The notes beneath the pieces were generated by a model that saw only the letters and a list, made by a program, of their open reading frames with translations, had not been told where the DNA came from and did no database searches. Made by a program: the position numbers and the translations under genes. Source: Yuukianura sp. NJ FZ-2021 (Eukaryota). Taken from it: a stretch of 64,000 nt of DNA. The DNA is taken from contig CM102285.1 in NCBI GenBank assembly GCA_046563655.1, positions 11,222,001-11,286,000 on the forward strand. Reading direction: 5' to 3'. Of this stretch, positions 26,501 through 40,000 are shown in pieces; positions within the stretch are counted from its first letter, which is position 1, and each line of letters begins with the position of its first letter.

Positions 26501-29500
26501 ACTTTGGTTTTGTAAACTTGACTAACCACAATCCAACTTAAGCATGCGAACTTTAGGTTAGCCTAAAATTAGGTTAACCTAACACTTCCTTAAACGTCGA
26601 ATTTCTACTAAAACTTAGGAATAGTAAAAGTTTGTGAAAGTTTAGTACTTGGTTATTAAATAGAAGACTTGTGGTTTCGCTCATCCCTTCCCCGGAGTCA
26701 AATTCATCACGCAGAATTTCCAGCCTCTTTTTCAGTTGATTCAGCTCCAGTTTCGTTTCTCGATGAGCTGAACGCTCCAGTTGCAGCAGTGCAACTGGAT
26801 CCATAGGCAACGGCGGACTAGCTCGGATTGTAAACCGCGGTGACCGAACATGTTCCATTGCTTCAACAGTTTGAATCTCGGGGTCCATCAATTCACAACT
26901 ACTTGTCGTCCCATCCAATGAATCCGGTTCACCCGAATAAAGACTCTCTTCAACAAAAGGAATCAAAAGTACGGTTATTATTAGGTCTCGGAGCGATGGA
27001 AAAGTTAATAAAGCAGAAGCTAGCAACCACGCGGGCGCCGCTGCGGAAGTCCGTCACCGCCACGGTCCGGCAAACGCATCTCTCCACCGGTTCATTTTCA
27101 TTCAATAAACCTAGGATCCTTGCATGTATCTTTACACGTATCACCGTTTTCATCATTTCTAAGATCTTCTCCGCCCATTTAACAAAAGTACAGTTGAATT
27201 TGGCACCGTAATTAAGTGTGTGACCTCTACAGAACGCAGTGGAATGGAAACTCTCGTGACCTCGACAAGCTCTTCACCTTTCTCAAAAGCTCGTAAAAAC
27301 TTCCGCCTCTATGCACTTCAAGTTAGAAAAAAATAAATTGGCTCTTGACACTTTTAAGGTTGTTATACACTCTAACAAATCTTGAAAATCTGGTCAACTT
27401 TTAAATTTTGTCACACACTTCGGGGGGTTCCACGAGTCAAATTCTGCAATTGCTTTCATACTGCCATCACTGTCATACAGCATAACATCACCGTAAAGTC
27501 AGTAAAAACCATTTCAAAGCTACAGATGAAAAGACTTCTGCACATGACTTTGGTTGAAAAGATCCCCTTGTCACATAAAAGAGTTCCAGAAAGCCTAACA
27601 TTTCTGCCAATTCTTGACTAATGTGACACTTGAGGAAAGGTCACTTTGGGGAAATGACCGAAATGCGGAGAAAGCAAACACGATCTTAAGGAAAAGGCGT
27701 AGTACTACTTTGTGCAAAAGCTTACCCTGATTTGGCAGAACACGATGGACATGACTTAAAACATCAATTTGCCTCTCTAGTGTTATGCACATTTGATCCA
27801 AATGCTCCAGTTTGGAAGCAACTATTTGAGCTGTTCCAGAATGCTCAACAGGATCTCCGTATCTGAAAAGATCAAAACAAAGTTTTCGTAGAAGATGAAT
27901 GTTAACATGGAAGTGAATTGAGAGTGACAGCATGCTGATTCTTGGCTCTAACATAGCCTTAATCTTTTGACCTTACGAATAACTAGAAAAAGTGAAAGTG
28001 ACATTTGGGTAAACTCTCCGTTTGAAACAGACTCCATTAAAACTTCCATTAGGCACAGCCAAAAGGAAAACCGATGAAGCTGCTTTTGTAATTCATCCAT
28101 ATTAAAATCTTCAATTTCAAGAGAAACTCGGAATAATTCGGAGTTTCAGACATTCTGCAACTAATTAATCCTGAAATTCAGAAGTCAGGATTTTGCTTTC
28201 CTTAATCATTCGCACGTAGACTAAACTAATGGCTAAGTTACAGGAACAGAAGCTTTATGTTAATCGGAAATTAATCCTGGCTTTAGCTAGTAGCTTCTAA
28301 TTAAACTCTGAACAAACAAATCCTTTCTCATTTCCATGCTTGATTAAATTTCAATTCAAATGAGAACTGAAACAAAATAGGAAGGCAAAAACACAAACCT
28401 TCTTCTGCTGGGAATCGCAAACTTGAGAGCTGTAACTCTGTGACCAAAATCCAGAGTCTTCATTTTCAAAAATTTTCAATCTTTAGAAATCACGTTTTCA
28501 AAAACCGTAAAAATTTATTATCAAAAGTCACTTTTTGAAAGAAAAACTTCATTTTTTTCGGAATCAATCGCTTCCTCACTCATCACTCAACATGTTACAC
28601 CAAAATTCACACTTCAAAATTTTTCCTCAAATTCGACATGTCGTAATCCGATTGATGGAAACTGATTTTGTCAATTCTCACACAAACCGAACAGCCTCTA
28701 CGCTTCAGATGAAGAAACAATGTTCAAAAGTGTAAATTATGAGAAAATGGAAAGCGTCTTGAAATATGAAGTCGCACATATGCAATTTGGCTTCAACAAA
28801 AACCACAAAATTTCTGGTTCTCAGTCGTTCTTCACTTGGCACTTGTCAGACTCACGGAAATAACAACAGGAGTAGGGAATGCAACTTTTCAACAAGAAAA
28901 AGTTCTGCTTCCAGAAAACTTTTCCTTTTATAAGGTTGTCAGTAATAGATCTGTGATAATCTCCATGTCAAACAGAGAGCGAGACTGATGGAATGGAGGA
29001 TATTGCAACAACTTTTGTTGCCAATTGTTCCTTTCCTTAGCAATTGGACCTCCACAAATTTTGCTTTAAGAGCTACAACAACTGCAAGTACTAGTGATAT
29101 ATAAAAAGCGAAAAATTTTGAGGAGGAAAGGTGTGAAGAAGCGGAACAAATGGACTTGAGTCCACTTAAGAAACACTGAGAAGCAAAACGGAATGTGAAT
29201 TGGAAGTGACGACGTCTCTACTACAACTGAAAAGACTTCGTTTGGGTTCAGTTTCCTTAAAATGGGATTATTCCCAATTGAGCCTTCATTTTCAAACAGC
29301 CTTTTGTCATTTTGTATTTTTCTTTGTGCATTCTGTTGCAACAACGATCGTAAAGATCCATTTTTAACAAAAACTCACATCTTCATTTTGCATCAATCCT
29401 TGAAATCTTTGTCATTTAAACTCAAAGAAGGATAAGGATTTTGAGGAGCGAGGGCAGAGGCGGAAACCGCAAAAGTTTTGCAATGAACACAGACTTCTTC

Positions 29501-31177
29501 TGACCACTTAACTTTTCAAAGCCATGCTTAAAAGAGGAGGTCATTAATTACTGAATTCACTGACCTCAACTATCAAATGGCACGTTGACTCACATCGATG
29601 AGGTAAAAATCAAGTAGGAAATCGTCAAAATCATTTTTAGACCAAGTTATTATCAAAGATTTTTAGAAAATTAAAAGGGAAAGATTTTTTTTTGAAGAGT
29701 TTTTTGAAAGCACCTCAAAAGTATTTTCTCCAAATGCATTTTCAAAGACGAAATTTGCAAACGCCCATTTCAATTTGTGTGACCTAGCGGTACCATTCTG
29801 CATCCAATGCGTGTCTTTTCAACATAATTTTAGTATTGGGTGGCTTGTGTTTTCCTTGAGTGTGTCAAAACACCGCAAGTGATTAGAATTAGGACACGCG
29901 AACCGTAGTGACAATGTCACCGTGACACGCAACAAAGTTAACGATGACAGTGACACTTTCTGAGATTACATCAACAGCTACATAAAAAGGAATTCGTACG
30001 TGACCTTTGTGCTTCAAACTTCTTTTTTTTTAGTTTGTTCTTTTTAGTAACTTTGAAAATTCCATTTCTGTTTCAGAAAAGACCGAATGGAAGTTTACGA
30101 ACTTCTGAAAAGATTTTTTTTTAAATTCAAAAGTCGTAGCAAGAGTAAACTTTTTCAATTTTTGTGACTTTTTCTGCACTTCAAAATCAGGAAATACTGT
30201 TTTCACCAAATGAAATTTTTCGTGGATGAAAAACAATAATAATGGAGTTTTAGATTTCGAAAGGCGCCCGTCCTGAAAGGTGATGGACGTTTAAAGCAAA
30301 CCCAGAAATTGGTTTTCTGTCGCTTCAGCTATATTGTGTAACGATTCAGGTTATACGATTTCATTGAAATAATTCATAAACTACTGTCGAAACCCAAAAA
30401 ATGTCCAAACTCTAACACATGTTTGTAGTTTTGTTTGTAAAAACAGAAGCCTCAAATAGTGTTGAGTTCTCCAGCATAAGTGCTGGAATTGACTTTTCAA
30501 GTTCTACCATGATTACCTCTTGTCTGTTAATTAATTCAGCTGTTAATGAACACTGAATTGGGTTTCAGCTGCCCATGGTGGACTGAAGCGGATTCAAAGC
30601 TAAAAGCTAAGGGAATTCCGGATTTAAAGTGCTCAAACAGGAGTACACTTTTACATTCACTGTGTGGGTTTTAATTAGATTTTTAATTATAAACAGAATT
30701 GAAAACGGAGTCTCACAGTCTGGTTTTGGTCGTCGATAGAAAGTTTCGTTTTTGTCGAAATGCTGCAAGCTGACGTAGAAGCTTTCTCTGCGTTTTCTCC
30801 AGGGCCTTTCTCCCCAAAATCCCTTCTGGCTTCCTCAACAATCCAAGGATATATCCATACTTCTCAGACCACTCATCCCATGACCTCACTTTCTCTTGGA
30901 GCTCGATTAACATTGACATTTGACCTTTGAACTCCAAACATTTTTCGGTTCCAGAAATGACTACTCCAGGCTCATGACACGGACTTTCTGGACGTAGGGG
31001 CCGTGAACCAACGGAATTCTTGGAAGAAAAACTAAAGGTCATCAGTGTGCCACAAGTTGACGCTTGTTCAGAACAAACGAGCGATTGACGCCTACCCCCA
31101 CCACCAACACTGGCTGTTCCCACAAAGGCAGCAGCGTTGACTTCTCTTGCACCAAAGTCTTTCCCACCCAGTGTCAT
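20540..31177 (-). CDS. Kinesin-14, KCBP / sea urchin kinesin-C type, C-terminal motor with calmodulin-binding-like helix
   Basis: Exons include ~31177-30717 (putative first), 27862-27726, ~26940-26650, 26218-26087, 24499-23880 (coiled coil), 23745-23379 (neck LRKRYYNIVEELKGKIRVYCRIRP), 22964-22643 (YGQTGSGKT, ELYND), 22549-22371 (NDRSSRSH), 22086-21998 (LDLAGSER), 21916-21851 (VPYR), 21283-21220, 21132-21001, 20596-20540. Motor exons are secure; the 5' exon set is tentative. Confidence 0.88.
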
Positions 31178-32268
31178 CGCTAAATGTCACCGCAACAAGT
31201 TGGTTTAGCTTTACAGTCGAACTTCGGTAGTAGCGAACTGTGAAATCCACTAACCTAACAATACCAATTTCAGAAATTGCAAACTTGTCAACTTGATTGT
31301 TCTATTGTCGTGAATTCCGGTAATTGATATGACAGAGCACCCAGAATACCTCTAATGTTAAACAAGATGAGAACTCCTAACCTAGCTTTTGACAAACTTT
31401 GTTTTACACTGATCCTAACTTTGCTTAACTTTCACTAATGAGAGCTCCAAATCTTAATCCAACCAAGAAAGACAAAAGGAGTTCCTCTGAGGTTAAGGGG
31501 GAACGCCGTCTAATTTGGGGGTAAATGAATTTTAACCTTGTAAACTCTTTAGGATGAGTAGGCCAAGTGTGAAAAGTCATCAACCCATGAATCACAATTT
31601 ACTCGTGTACGAAACTTATAAAGTAAAGAAAACGCTCAAGTTTTGAGAATTTTAGAAGACAGACGAAAATTGGAGTCTCCATTTTTATACAATTATTTAA
31701 GCATCACGCAATTACATGAATGAACCGTCCACCAAGACAGTTACGAGACAAGGGAACAGATCAAGGACAAACACAATGGGAAAATGTTATGCTTCAAGAT
31801 GAAGTGAACTTTTTAGTTTCACTTTCATTCTCAAATTAAAAGTGCGTCAAATGCACAGTTTCGTTTTATGTACCAAAGTGGTATCAGAGTTTCTTGGTTA
31901 AACTTTTAATTCGAAGCAGTTGTAAATTATACACGCTTCGCTGTGACGCTGATTAATTTGAGCAGTCAATCTTACTTTTAATCTAAATGTAAATCTTCGC
32001 ACTTAAACTTTAAAATGAGGTTAATGCATTGGCTACTGGTAAATAATTTGAGAAGTTAAACCTAGTTAGATTTTAGATTACAATCTGCAAACAAGGTGGT
32101 CGAAAGTAGGGTAGCATTACTCTACTTTTTATTGTTAATTGCTAAATGTTAGTAAATCTAATGTGTTAAATAAAATAACTTAAATATAACATTGCTTTAA
32201 ATTATTAACTTAAACTAATAGTGGCTTTAAATATTGCACTATTAATAAAGTCGTTTAAAATATTAAAC

Positions 32269-32536
32269 AATGCAGCACAGGAGAAAGTTGGAGACAGTGA
32301 GTGCCGGTTACACAACAGTCACAACGTGAAGCGTAGTGACCGCGATAGACTGCTGTTTCAAAAACTGAACCCTCTGTTTTTGGCCGGAGCTATCCGGGTA
32401 TTATGCGGAACAAAAAGGTTCTCAGTCAAAAAGCTCCCCCTCATCTGCCTTTCTCTGGGTGGGGAGGCAACTCCAATGGCGGGAAAAAGTTGAGGAATTT
32501 TGAATTTTGTGTTTTCGTAAATAAACAATCAGCTGT
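32269..32536 (+). repeat. Dispersed conserved non-coding element, copy 2 (upstream of the spliced leader region and ABCA)
   Basis: Aligns with the reverse complement of 9099-9351 over about 250 bp; shares TGGCGGGAAAA, CTCCCC...GGGGAG and AATCAGCTGT blocks. Confidence 0.9.
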
Positions 32537-32651
32537 TTGGATTTGATTTCAATTAATCCGAAGTCAAATTTAATTTTGATTAAGATTGGCGTAATTAATT
32601 AACCGTGTTTTTGCCTTATATGGTTAGTTTTTTTAGTTGTTTGTTCATCAG

Positions 32652-33671
32652 CATGTTTGGAACAGCAGAGGATCACTGTTCACCTCTACATACTCATCAA
32701 CCCTCACGTCATGTCCTTGACCGATGACCGATGTTTGGCAAAACAGGTAAGTTAGATATTCACCGATTCAATGTTCAGAAAATAACAATGAAATTGTTAA
32801 TTAAGAATTGGCTGTTTGTAGGTTCGAAACACTCGGTTCATTAGAATTGGCAGTGTTCTTAGTACGGGTCAAAGTCGCTGATAGTGGGTTAAGAGGAGTT
32901 CTCTACTACAGAAAAAAATAGGGCTTGAGCCGGCCTTTGGGAGAATGTTTTCGGATTCGGAATGGGCAAGTGCTACTCGTAACACGTTGCTCGTGTTTTA
33001 CAACCTTGAATGAGAGAGCATGGCAAATCATTTTCATGTATCTCTATCATGAGATGTGGCGGGTTGTCGCTTAATGTGACCTTGAAAATGGGCGAAAGAA
33101 AAGAGCACACGACACACGAGCAACACATACACAATAGAAGCATTCAAACTTCACCGTAAGGAATAAGTAGCATCGAGTCAATGTCAATACCTGTAAAATA
33201 TTTATAAAACTTTTGTAAGTGAATGGTGAAAGTGACTTTGTTTCTTTCCTAGAACTGTCGAAGATGAAGCCAGAGGGGAAGCCTACTTCTTAGATGGTGT
33301 CAAAGTGGGAATTCAATTAATTGAAGTAAGAATTTAAGAAAAAAATCTTCTTTGTCGGAATCTTGTTCTAGCTTATCCAAAAGAACTTGTAACATTTAGG
33401 CCTGGTTAAATTGGTATTTGTTTGTGGAATTAGTTGCTACAACCGAATGACGAGTCTGTGACGGGAGGAAATGGGACGATGACGATGGAACACTAGTAAT
33501 TAATCGACATGCCATTGACATGTCAGTGCAACTTTTCCCGGAGAGATGTAAGTTTTAACTTTAAGTTGTTATGCTACCGCTAATTCAAGTTCGTAAACAA
33601 ATACTTTTCAACAAGTGAAAAATATTATTTTTGCAGCAACATCAATAACAGTTTGATGACGTCTGTCTGGG
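32652..33671 (+). other. Exon-like segments with canonical splice sites but no long ORF (lncRNA, ABCA 5' leader or pseudogene)
   Basis: AG/GTAAG-bounded pieces at ~32652-32747, 33253-33325, ~33434-33547, ~33637-33671 with 70-110 nt intron-like gaps between several of them; stops in all joined frames tried. Confidence 0.35.
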
Positions 33672-34084
33672 GTATGTATTCACTCTTTAGCAAGATCGTG
33701 TTTTGTTCTAATAAGGCAAGTTTATTCTGAGGATTTTGCAATCAACGAAACCAATTTCAAAATTTAAAACCTCAAAATTTCCTGCAGCCCAGCGATAACG
33801 CTGCTTGACTACTAACCCTGGCCGGCTCATCGATTAATCCAAAATTCCGTCTCGCGAGGTGACTATAAGTAGCTGACGCCAAAAAATGGAAGTCGATTTA
33901 AAATAGGAAAAAACTATAACTACTTTCCGGCTAACGCTTCCTGTTCTGTACTTGGAAAACGTCGTGCCCCAGAATTATTGAGGAACGAAACTACCTAAGC
34001 GAGCGATGTTTGTGGTTACTTAAGTCTACAGCGAAGACAGAAAGTTAACTTCTTTCAAGTTGCCAGTTTACTGTCCAAGATAGT

Positions 34085-37000
34085 ATGAACACGTTTTTTC
34101 ATCAGTTAAAGTTACTTTTGTGGAAGAACTTTCTCCTGCGGAAGCGTCACAAGGTGAGGATAGTTTTCAAATTTCAAACGAGATTTTAATTTATAATGTT
34201 TCTAAAAATCAAGGTTCGAATTGTACTGGAGATCTTATGGCCACTTGTTCTCTTCATCATATTGATGTGGGTACGGAGTAGAGGCCTCCGTGAAGCACGC
34301 CCGGCTTGTAAGAGTTGTTCGAATTTACATACATTCACCAATGTACTTTTTATTGGTCGCTAACGTCGAGTGCATTGCAACTTTCAGGTCATTTAATTGA
34401 GAAGTCGCTACCATCCGTCGGAGGCTTTGAATTTATGCAAAACTTTGTTTGTACCATAAATAACGCATGCAACGGTGACCTTGTGGAAGATAACCTCAAT
34501 GGGGGACGGAATTTATGGGCGAACGCATCGTAAGTAGAAACTGAAATTGACTTGGTTCCAATACTCTGGTAATGAGATACTAAAATATTTTGATTCTCGA
34601 TTCTATGTTTCTCCAGTTTGCCTAAACTTATAAGCAGAGGTGTGCCGATCTTAAATGACCTGGTCGGTACTCCACATGATCGAAATGAAACCCGTGATGT
34701 GTTTTTGGGGCTGTCGCTTATGGTGCGTTCAATCTCGCTGACAAACCTCAGAAAGGAAATCAGCGCAGCAGGTAAAGCACCATAATTCAGTTAAGGTAAT
34801 TGGATTCCGTGTACATTGCTTCATCTTCATCGTAATTGTTTGTCTACTGCTAGGAGATGTCAAGCTAGAATCGTTTCTTGTTCCGGGCGGATCCATGGAT
34901 TTCATGCTGCTACAAATAGAGTCACAGAATCGCTGGTATTCTATGAATGAAACCTTTGGCAAGGAAATACTACAGACAACCATTCACCTCGACAAGTTCA
35001 CTAAGGTATATTTGCGTTTGCTAAAGACTGATAGGGTTGGGTACAATCATGCGCGCTTAATAGTATGTTCAAGAATTGAATCTTGATAAGTTGGGATTTG
35101 TTTTAGGCATCTTTTGACCTCGCTGATGGACTTTTTCAAGGAGTTGATTACTGCGGCAAGCAGCAAGGTGACTTGTTTACAATGAACGATACAGCCTTCA
35201 ATTTCTTCTGCGGGGATACCACTCGTACATTTGTTATCCATGAATACCTTAAGGAGAAGCTAGATAACACTACGGATTTGTACAAAAAGCTTTCCAAACT
35301 TTATCACGAGGAGGAAGCTGGAATTATAGACTTCAATCCTTTAGCCTTCGGATTAGCCATGGCCAACTATAGTGGTACCTTCCGTAAACTTCAGGCGCTG
35401 GCAAGGTATGATGTGATTTCCGATTATGAAATCTTATTTCTTTAAAACGTAGTGTTTATTTCTTTCTCTCCAAAGTTTTTTAGGGGATTTGGAGAAAGAG
35501 TTTCCGGAACTGAATAATATGGAGGCCATGGGTGTGGCCGATAACACTGCCGAGGAGCCGAACGACAAAGGAACGGCCGCCATGATGTCAATGCTCTCCA
35601 AAGCATTTTGTGGATTGAACATCATAGACAGTCCTATCATTGGATCGGACAAAACAAATTCGTAAGGACTTAACATTTGTGTAAAAACAGTAAGCTAACT
35701 TAAGAAACCCCTGCTAATTCTAGATACGATTCACTTCGTGATCGCTTACGAGACTGGCGAAATAGTCGTGGTTACGTAGAAGACGAAGTTTCCGCTGTAT
35801 GCAATACAGTTTTCAGAAATTTGGAGGAGAGGGCCATTACAAGTCTGATCTGGAAGCAAATTAAACCATTTATTCGGTAATGGGGGCAGCGCCACTCTCT
35901 CGTCGTTTTTCATGTGATGGGAACTTTGTATTATTAGTAATTGCTGCAATGATTTCTAGCGGAAGGATACTCTACTATCCGGAAACGGCTTTTACCAACG
36001 CTTTGATGAAACGAGTCGACGGCAAATTTTCCGAATTCAAGACATTAGAGGAAATCTTTACTCAAGGCCTCAGTATCATCCATCGCCTGCGCCTTTGGTT
36101 CGATAAAAACAAAGATGAAATGAAAATGTTCCAGGTATTTCCAAGACTCAACAAACTTAAATCAATATTGTCTGTGTAAAAACCATCTACGAATCGAACT
36201 TGGTTTGACTTACAGGCCCTTCTTAAAGATGACGCTGCTATTGAAGCACTTTTGGGACCTACATTGTCAACAGTTTTCAAGTCAAATGAAAACTTGCAAT
36301 CCATGATTAGTGCATTTACTAGCAGGGATTTGACCCGTCTGGAAGCTAACCTTGAGAGAATGGACTTTGGTTCCGAATTGGAGTCTCAAGTTTTGAGTGT
36401 GAGTCCTTCTATAACTGGCAATTGTTGACTATTTCTTTAATGTGGTTCCTTGAGTTCCTTTGCAGTGTTTCCTGGAAGACAAATCGAAGCCAAACGTAAC
36501 GCAGGATGAAATTTTCAAATCTGAAGACGAAGCTGTGAGGGCAGGGATGACGCTGATGTTGGATAACAATCTATGGGCAGTCATTGTTTTTGAGGATGTT
36601 CCAAAAAATGGCAGTGAACCGATGCATCTTAAGTACAAGATCAGGTATGTAATATTTTAACGTGACGGTTCAAGAGTAATGGAAGTGGAAGTGACCAGAG
36701 ATTTTTGCAGTACAATGCGATCGATTTTTTTTAGAATGGACAGCGATAAGGTGGATGGCACTGCGAGTATTCGAGATCGGTCCACAAAAAAAGGACCGCG
36801 CCAACGGCCTACCATTGACTTGAAGTACATAACGAACGGATTCGTTTACATCCAAGAAGCGATCGAGCACAGTTTCATAGAAATGATAAGCAATGAGGAT
36901 CTGAGTAACGTCTCAATGGTGTTGCAGCAGTTTCCATATCCATGCTACATTTATGACCAGTAAGAAAACCGAAAATTAACGCTGGTGCTGGTAACTTTTG

Positions 37001-40000
37001 TTTCAATTTCATCTGTTTGCACTTCTAGATTCATCAAAGCCATCTCAAACACGTTTCCGATGTTTATGATCCTGTCATGGGTTTACGCTTCTGCGATGCT
37101 GATTAAATCTATCGTGTACGAGAAGGAACTTAGGCTCAAAGAAGTCATGCGGGTCATGGGTTGTGGAAATCTTGTCATCTGGACAGCCTGGTTTATCGAT
37201 AGCTTTGTGATGATGTCAATCCCTTGTCTCATTCTGGCCATTATTCTGAAGGTACTTTCACCATTTTCATATCCAATGGAAAGTTATACTGTAAGTTTTG
37301 CGAATGCCATGAATCGTTACTATTTTTTCAGTTTGGAAAAGTTGTCGAGAATTCAGATTTTGGGATTCTGTTGATGTTCCTCTTGGTCTTTGCAGTAGCA
37401 ACGATCTGCTTTAGCTTCTTAATCTCCACATTCTTCACCAAAGCAAACTCTGCAGCCGCAACAGGTTACAGCCGATGATTTTGAACTTAGCGTGCACTTC
37501 AATTCCATATCTTATAAATACCGTTGCTTTACGCAATTTAGGTGGGATCCTCTTCTTCCTTTCTTTTTTACCGTACAACTTCATGCTGCTTTGGGAAGAG
37601 CGATTGACTTGGTACCACACTCTGTTTAGCGTAAGTCCTACGCTACGATTTACATCCCAGTTCCCTGGTTCATTTACTTTTCATTTTCAGTGTATTATTT
37701 CCAACGTGGCGTTTGGCTTTGGCTGTAACTACATTGCCAGACTGGAAGAAGATGGCGTGGGTGCAAGATGGGATCGGATTTCAATGAAAACTTTACCCGG
37801 AGACGATTTCAGTTTCATTTATTGCGTGATAATGCTTCTTTTCGACAGTGTTCTCTATTTCTTGCTGACTCTGTACATCGAAACTGTGTTTCCAGGTAAT
37901 TTTCAATTTTTAGTATACTGAAAGACTATAATTTGATGATTCTAATGATGAAACCTTTTTCAGGTGAAAACGGCATGCCAAAGAAGTGGTACTTTCTGTT
38001 TCAACGGAGTTTCTGGTTTCCTAAAGCGGATAATGTCAATGCACACTCTGACGGAACTGGATACAGAGAATACGTCGACCTGGCTAATAGTAAATCATTA
38101 AAAACTGACTGCTTCTTAACTTTTGATTGTTGGAATCTGTAGTGACTGTTATACTTTGTACAGGACCAATTGTGGAGGCCGACCCGGAGGGAATAGTGTG
38201 TGGAGTGTCAGTTCAACATTTGTGTAAAGAGTATTCCAACGGACGAGTGGCCCTATCGGATCTGAACATGTCATTTTACGAAGGCCAAATCACATCATTT
38301 CTGGGCCACAACGGAGCTGGAAAGACTACTACAATGTAACGTTCGGTGCATTGTTTTGAATGAAAATCCAATCTTCATCAGTTTGCAATTGCTTTAGATC
38401 CATTCTGACAGGATTGTTTCCTCCCACCGAGGGAACTGCTTTCATCTATGGCTACGATATAAGGAAAGACATGAACATGATTCGTCACGACTTGGGAATA
38501 TGTCCGCAGCATAACGTGCTTTTTGACAGGTATTAATAATTGGGAAGTTTCTTTCAATTCTTAGGATTCGGGTTCCAATATTATGAGTTTAATGTCGACT
38601 AACGACTATGCCTGTGTTGTTTTGTAGATTGAATGTGGAAGAGCATCTACTGTTTTACGCTGGACTGAAAGGGAAGGAAGACATTGCTAAAAAAGAAATG
38701 GATCAAATGTTAGTTGATCTTGGAATTCCCCATAAGAAAAGAGAGTTTCCAGGTAACTTGTCTGGAGGAATGAAACGAAAACTTTCGGTTGCAATCGCTT
38801 TTGCTGGAGGCTCGAGGTAAGTGAATTCAACTCAATCTTTTTAACAACTGTTTCACTATTGGTTACTTTTGTATTTCGCCTGGACAGGACAGTTTTCTTA
38901 GACGAACCTACCTCTGGAGTTGACCCTTACTCCAGACGTTCCATATGGGAACTCTTGTTACACTATAAGGAAGGACGAACAATAATTTTGACTACTCATT
39001 TCATGGACGAAGCTGACATCTTGGGCGACAGAATTGCTATAATTTCTCGCGGACGTCTCAAGGCTTGCGGCGGAAGTTTATTTTTGAAAGCCCAATTTGG
39101 TCAAGGTTATTTTCTTCGTCTAGTTCGGGAAATTGAAGAGCATGAAACCGATGAACTGATGCTGAACAACTTTCCACCTACTAGAGCTGATGATACCGTC
39201 AGTCGAAGTTCACAGGCCTTGACATTTGTCAGGAGAACAGCCGAAATCACAGCCCAGCATGCTATGCTCTTTTCGAATTTTATCCAGCATCGTATTCCAG
39301 AAGCTCAGTTGATGACGGATGCTGGATCTGATTTGATATTTTTGCTGCCAAGTAACAGAGTCAGTGAGTTTCAGCACCTTTTCCAAGATTTGGATGAGCA
39401 TATGACATCGCTGAGGCTACAGAGCTATGGAATTTCGGATACTTCCCTCGAAGACGTCTTTCTGCGAATCACTATCGAAGATTTGGAAGAAAAAAATGAG
39501 GATCATCATGTCATTGGAAACACATGTCATGGTCGATGCTGCGCCAAAATTAGACAGGCTATTTGGAGGATACGCAAGCGCCGCAAGAAGGCTTCGCACC
39601 ATACTGTTATTGCCGTTCCTGCGGATATGCCTAGCCAAACAAAACTCAGTACTCGAAAAGTTTCGCCTGAAATTGTACATCGAGTTCCACCACTCACGTC
39701 ACCATCACAAGACAACATTACTCCAGAACCGGAGCGAAGTCTAGGTTCACCAATCATTCCGGTTTCAAACGTGGAATTGCCGCAGCACGTCGAAGTACAT
39801 CCAGGAGATTCAACTGATACTGAGGCGGAAAACAATGATGTTCCACTCACTCCATCTATAATCCTGAGAAAAGAATCAGGCTTATTCGGGATCAAGCGTG
39901 ACAACATTAGGTCAAAGTTTTGGATACAAATCTGGGTCATTGTCCTCAAGCGTTTTCGAAACTCCAATCGGAACAAGAAGGCCATCTTCTTTGAAGTGAG

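Noticed and set aside
39427..39985. Alternative-frame and antisense ORFs of 105-152 aa inside the large ABCA exon
   Set aside because: Expected by-products of a long coding exon.
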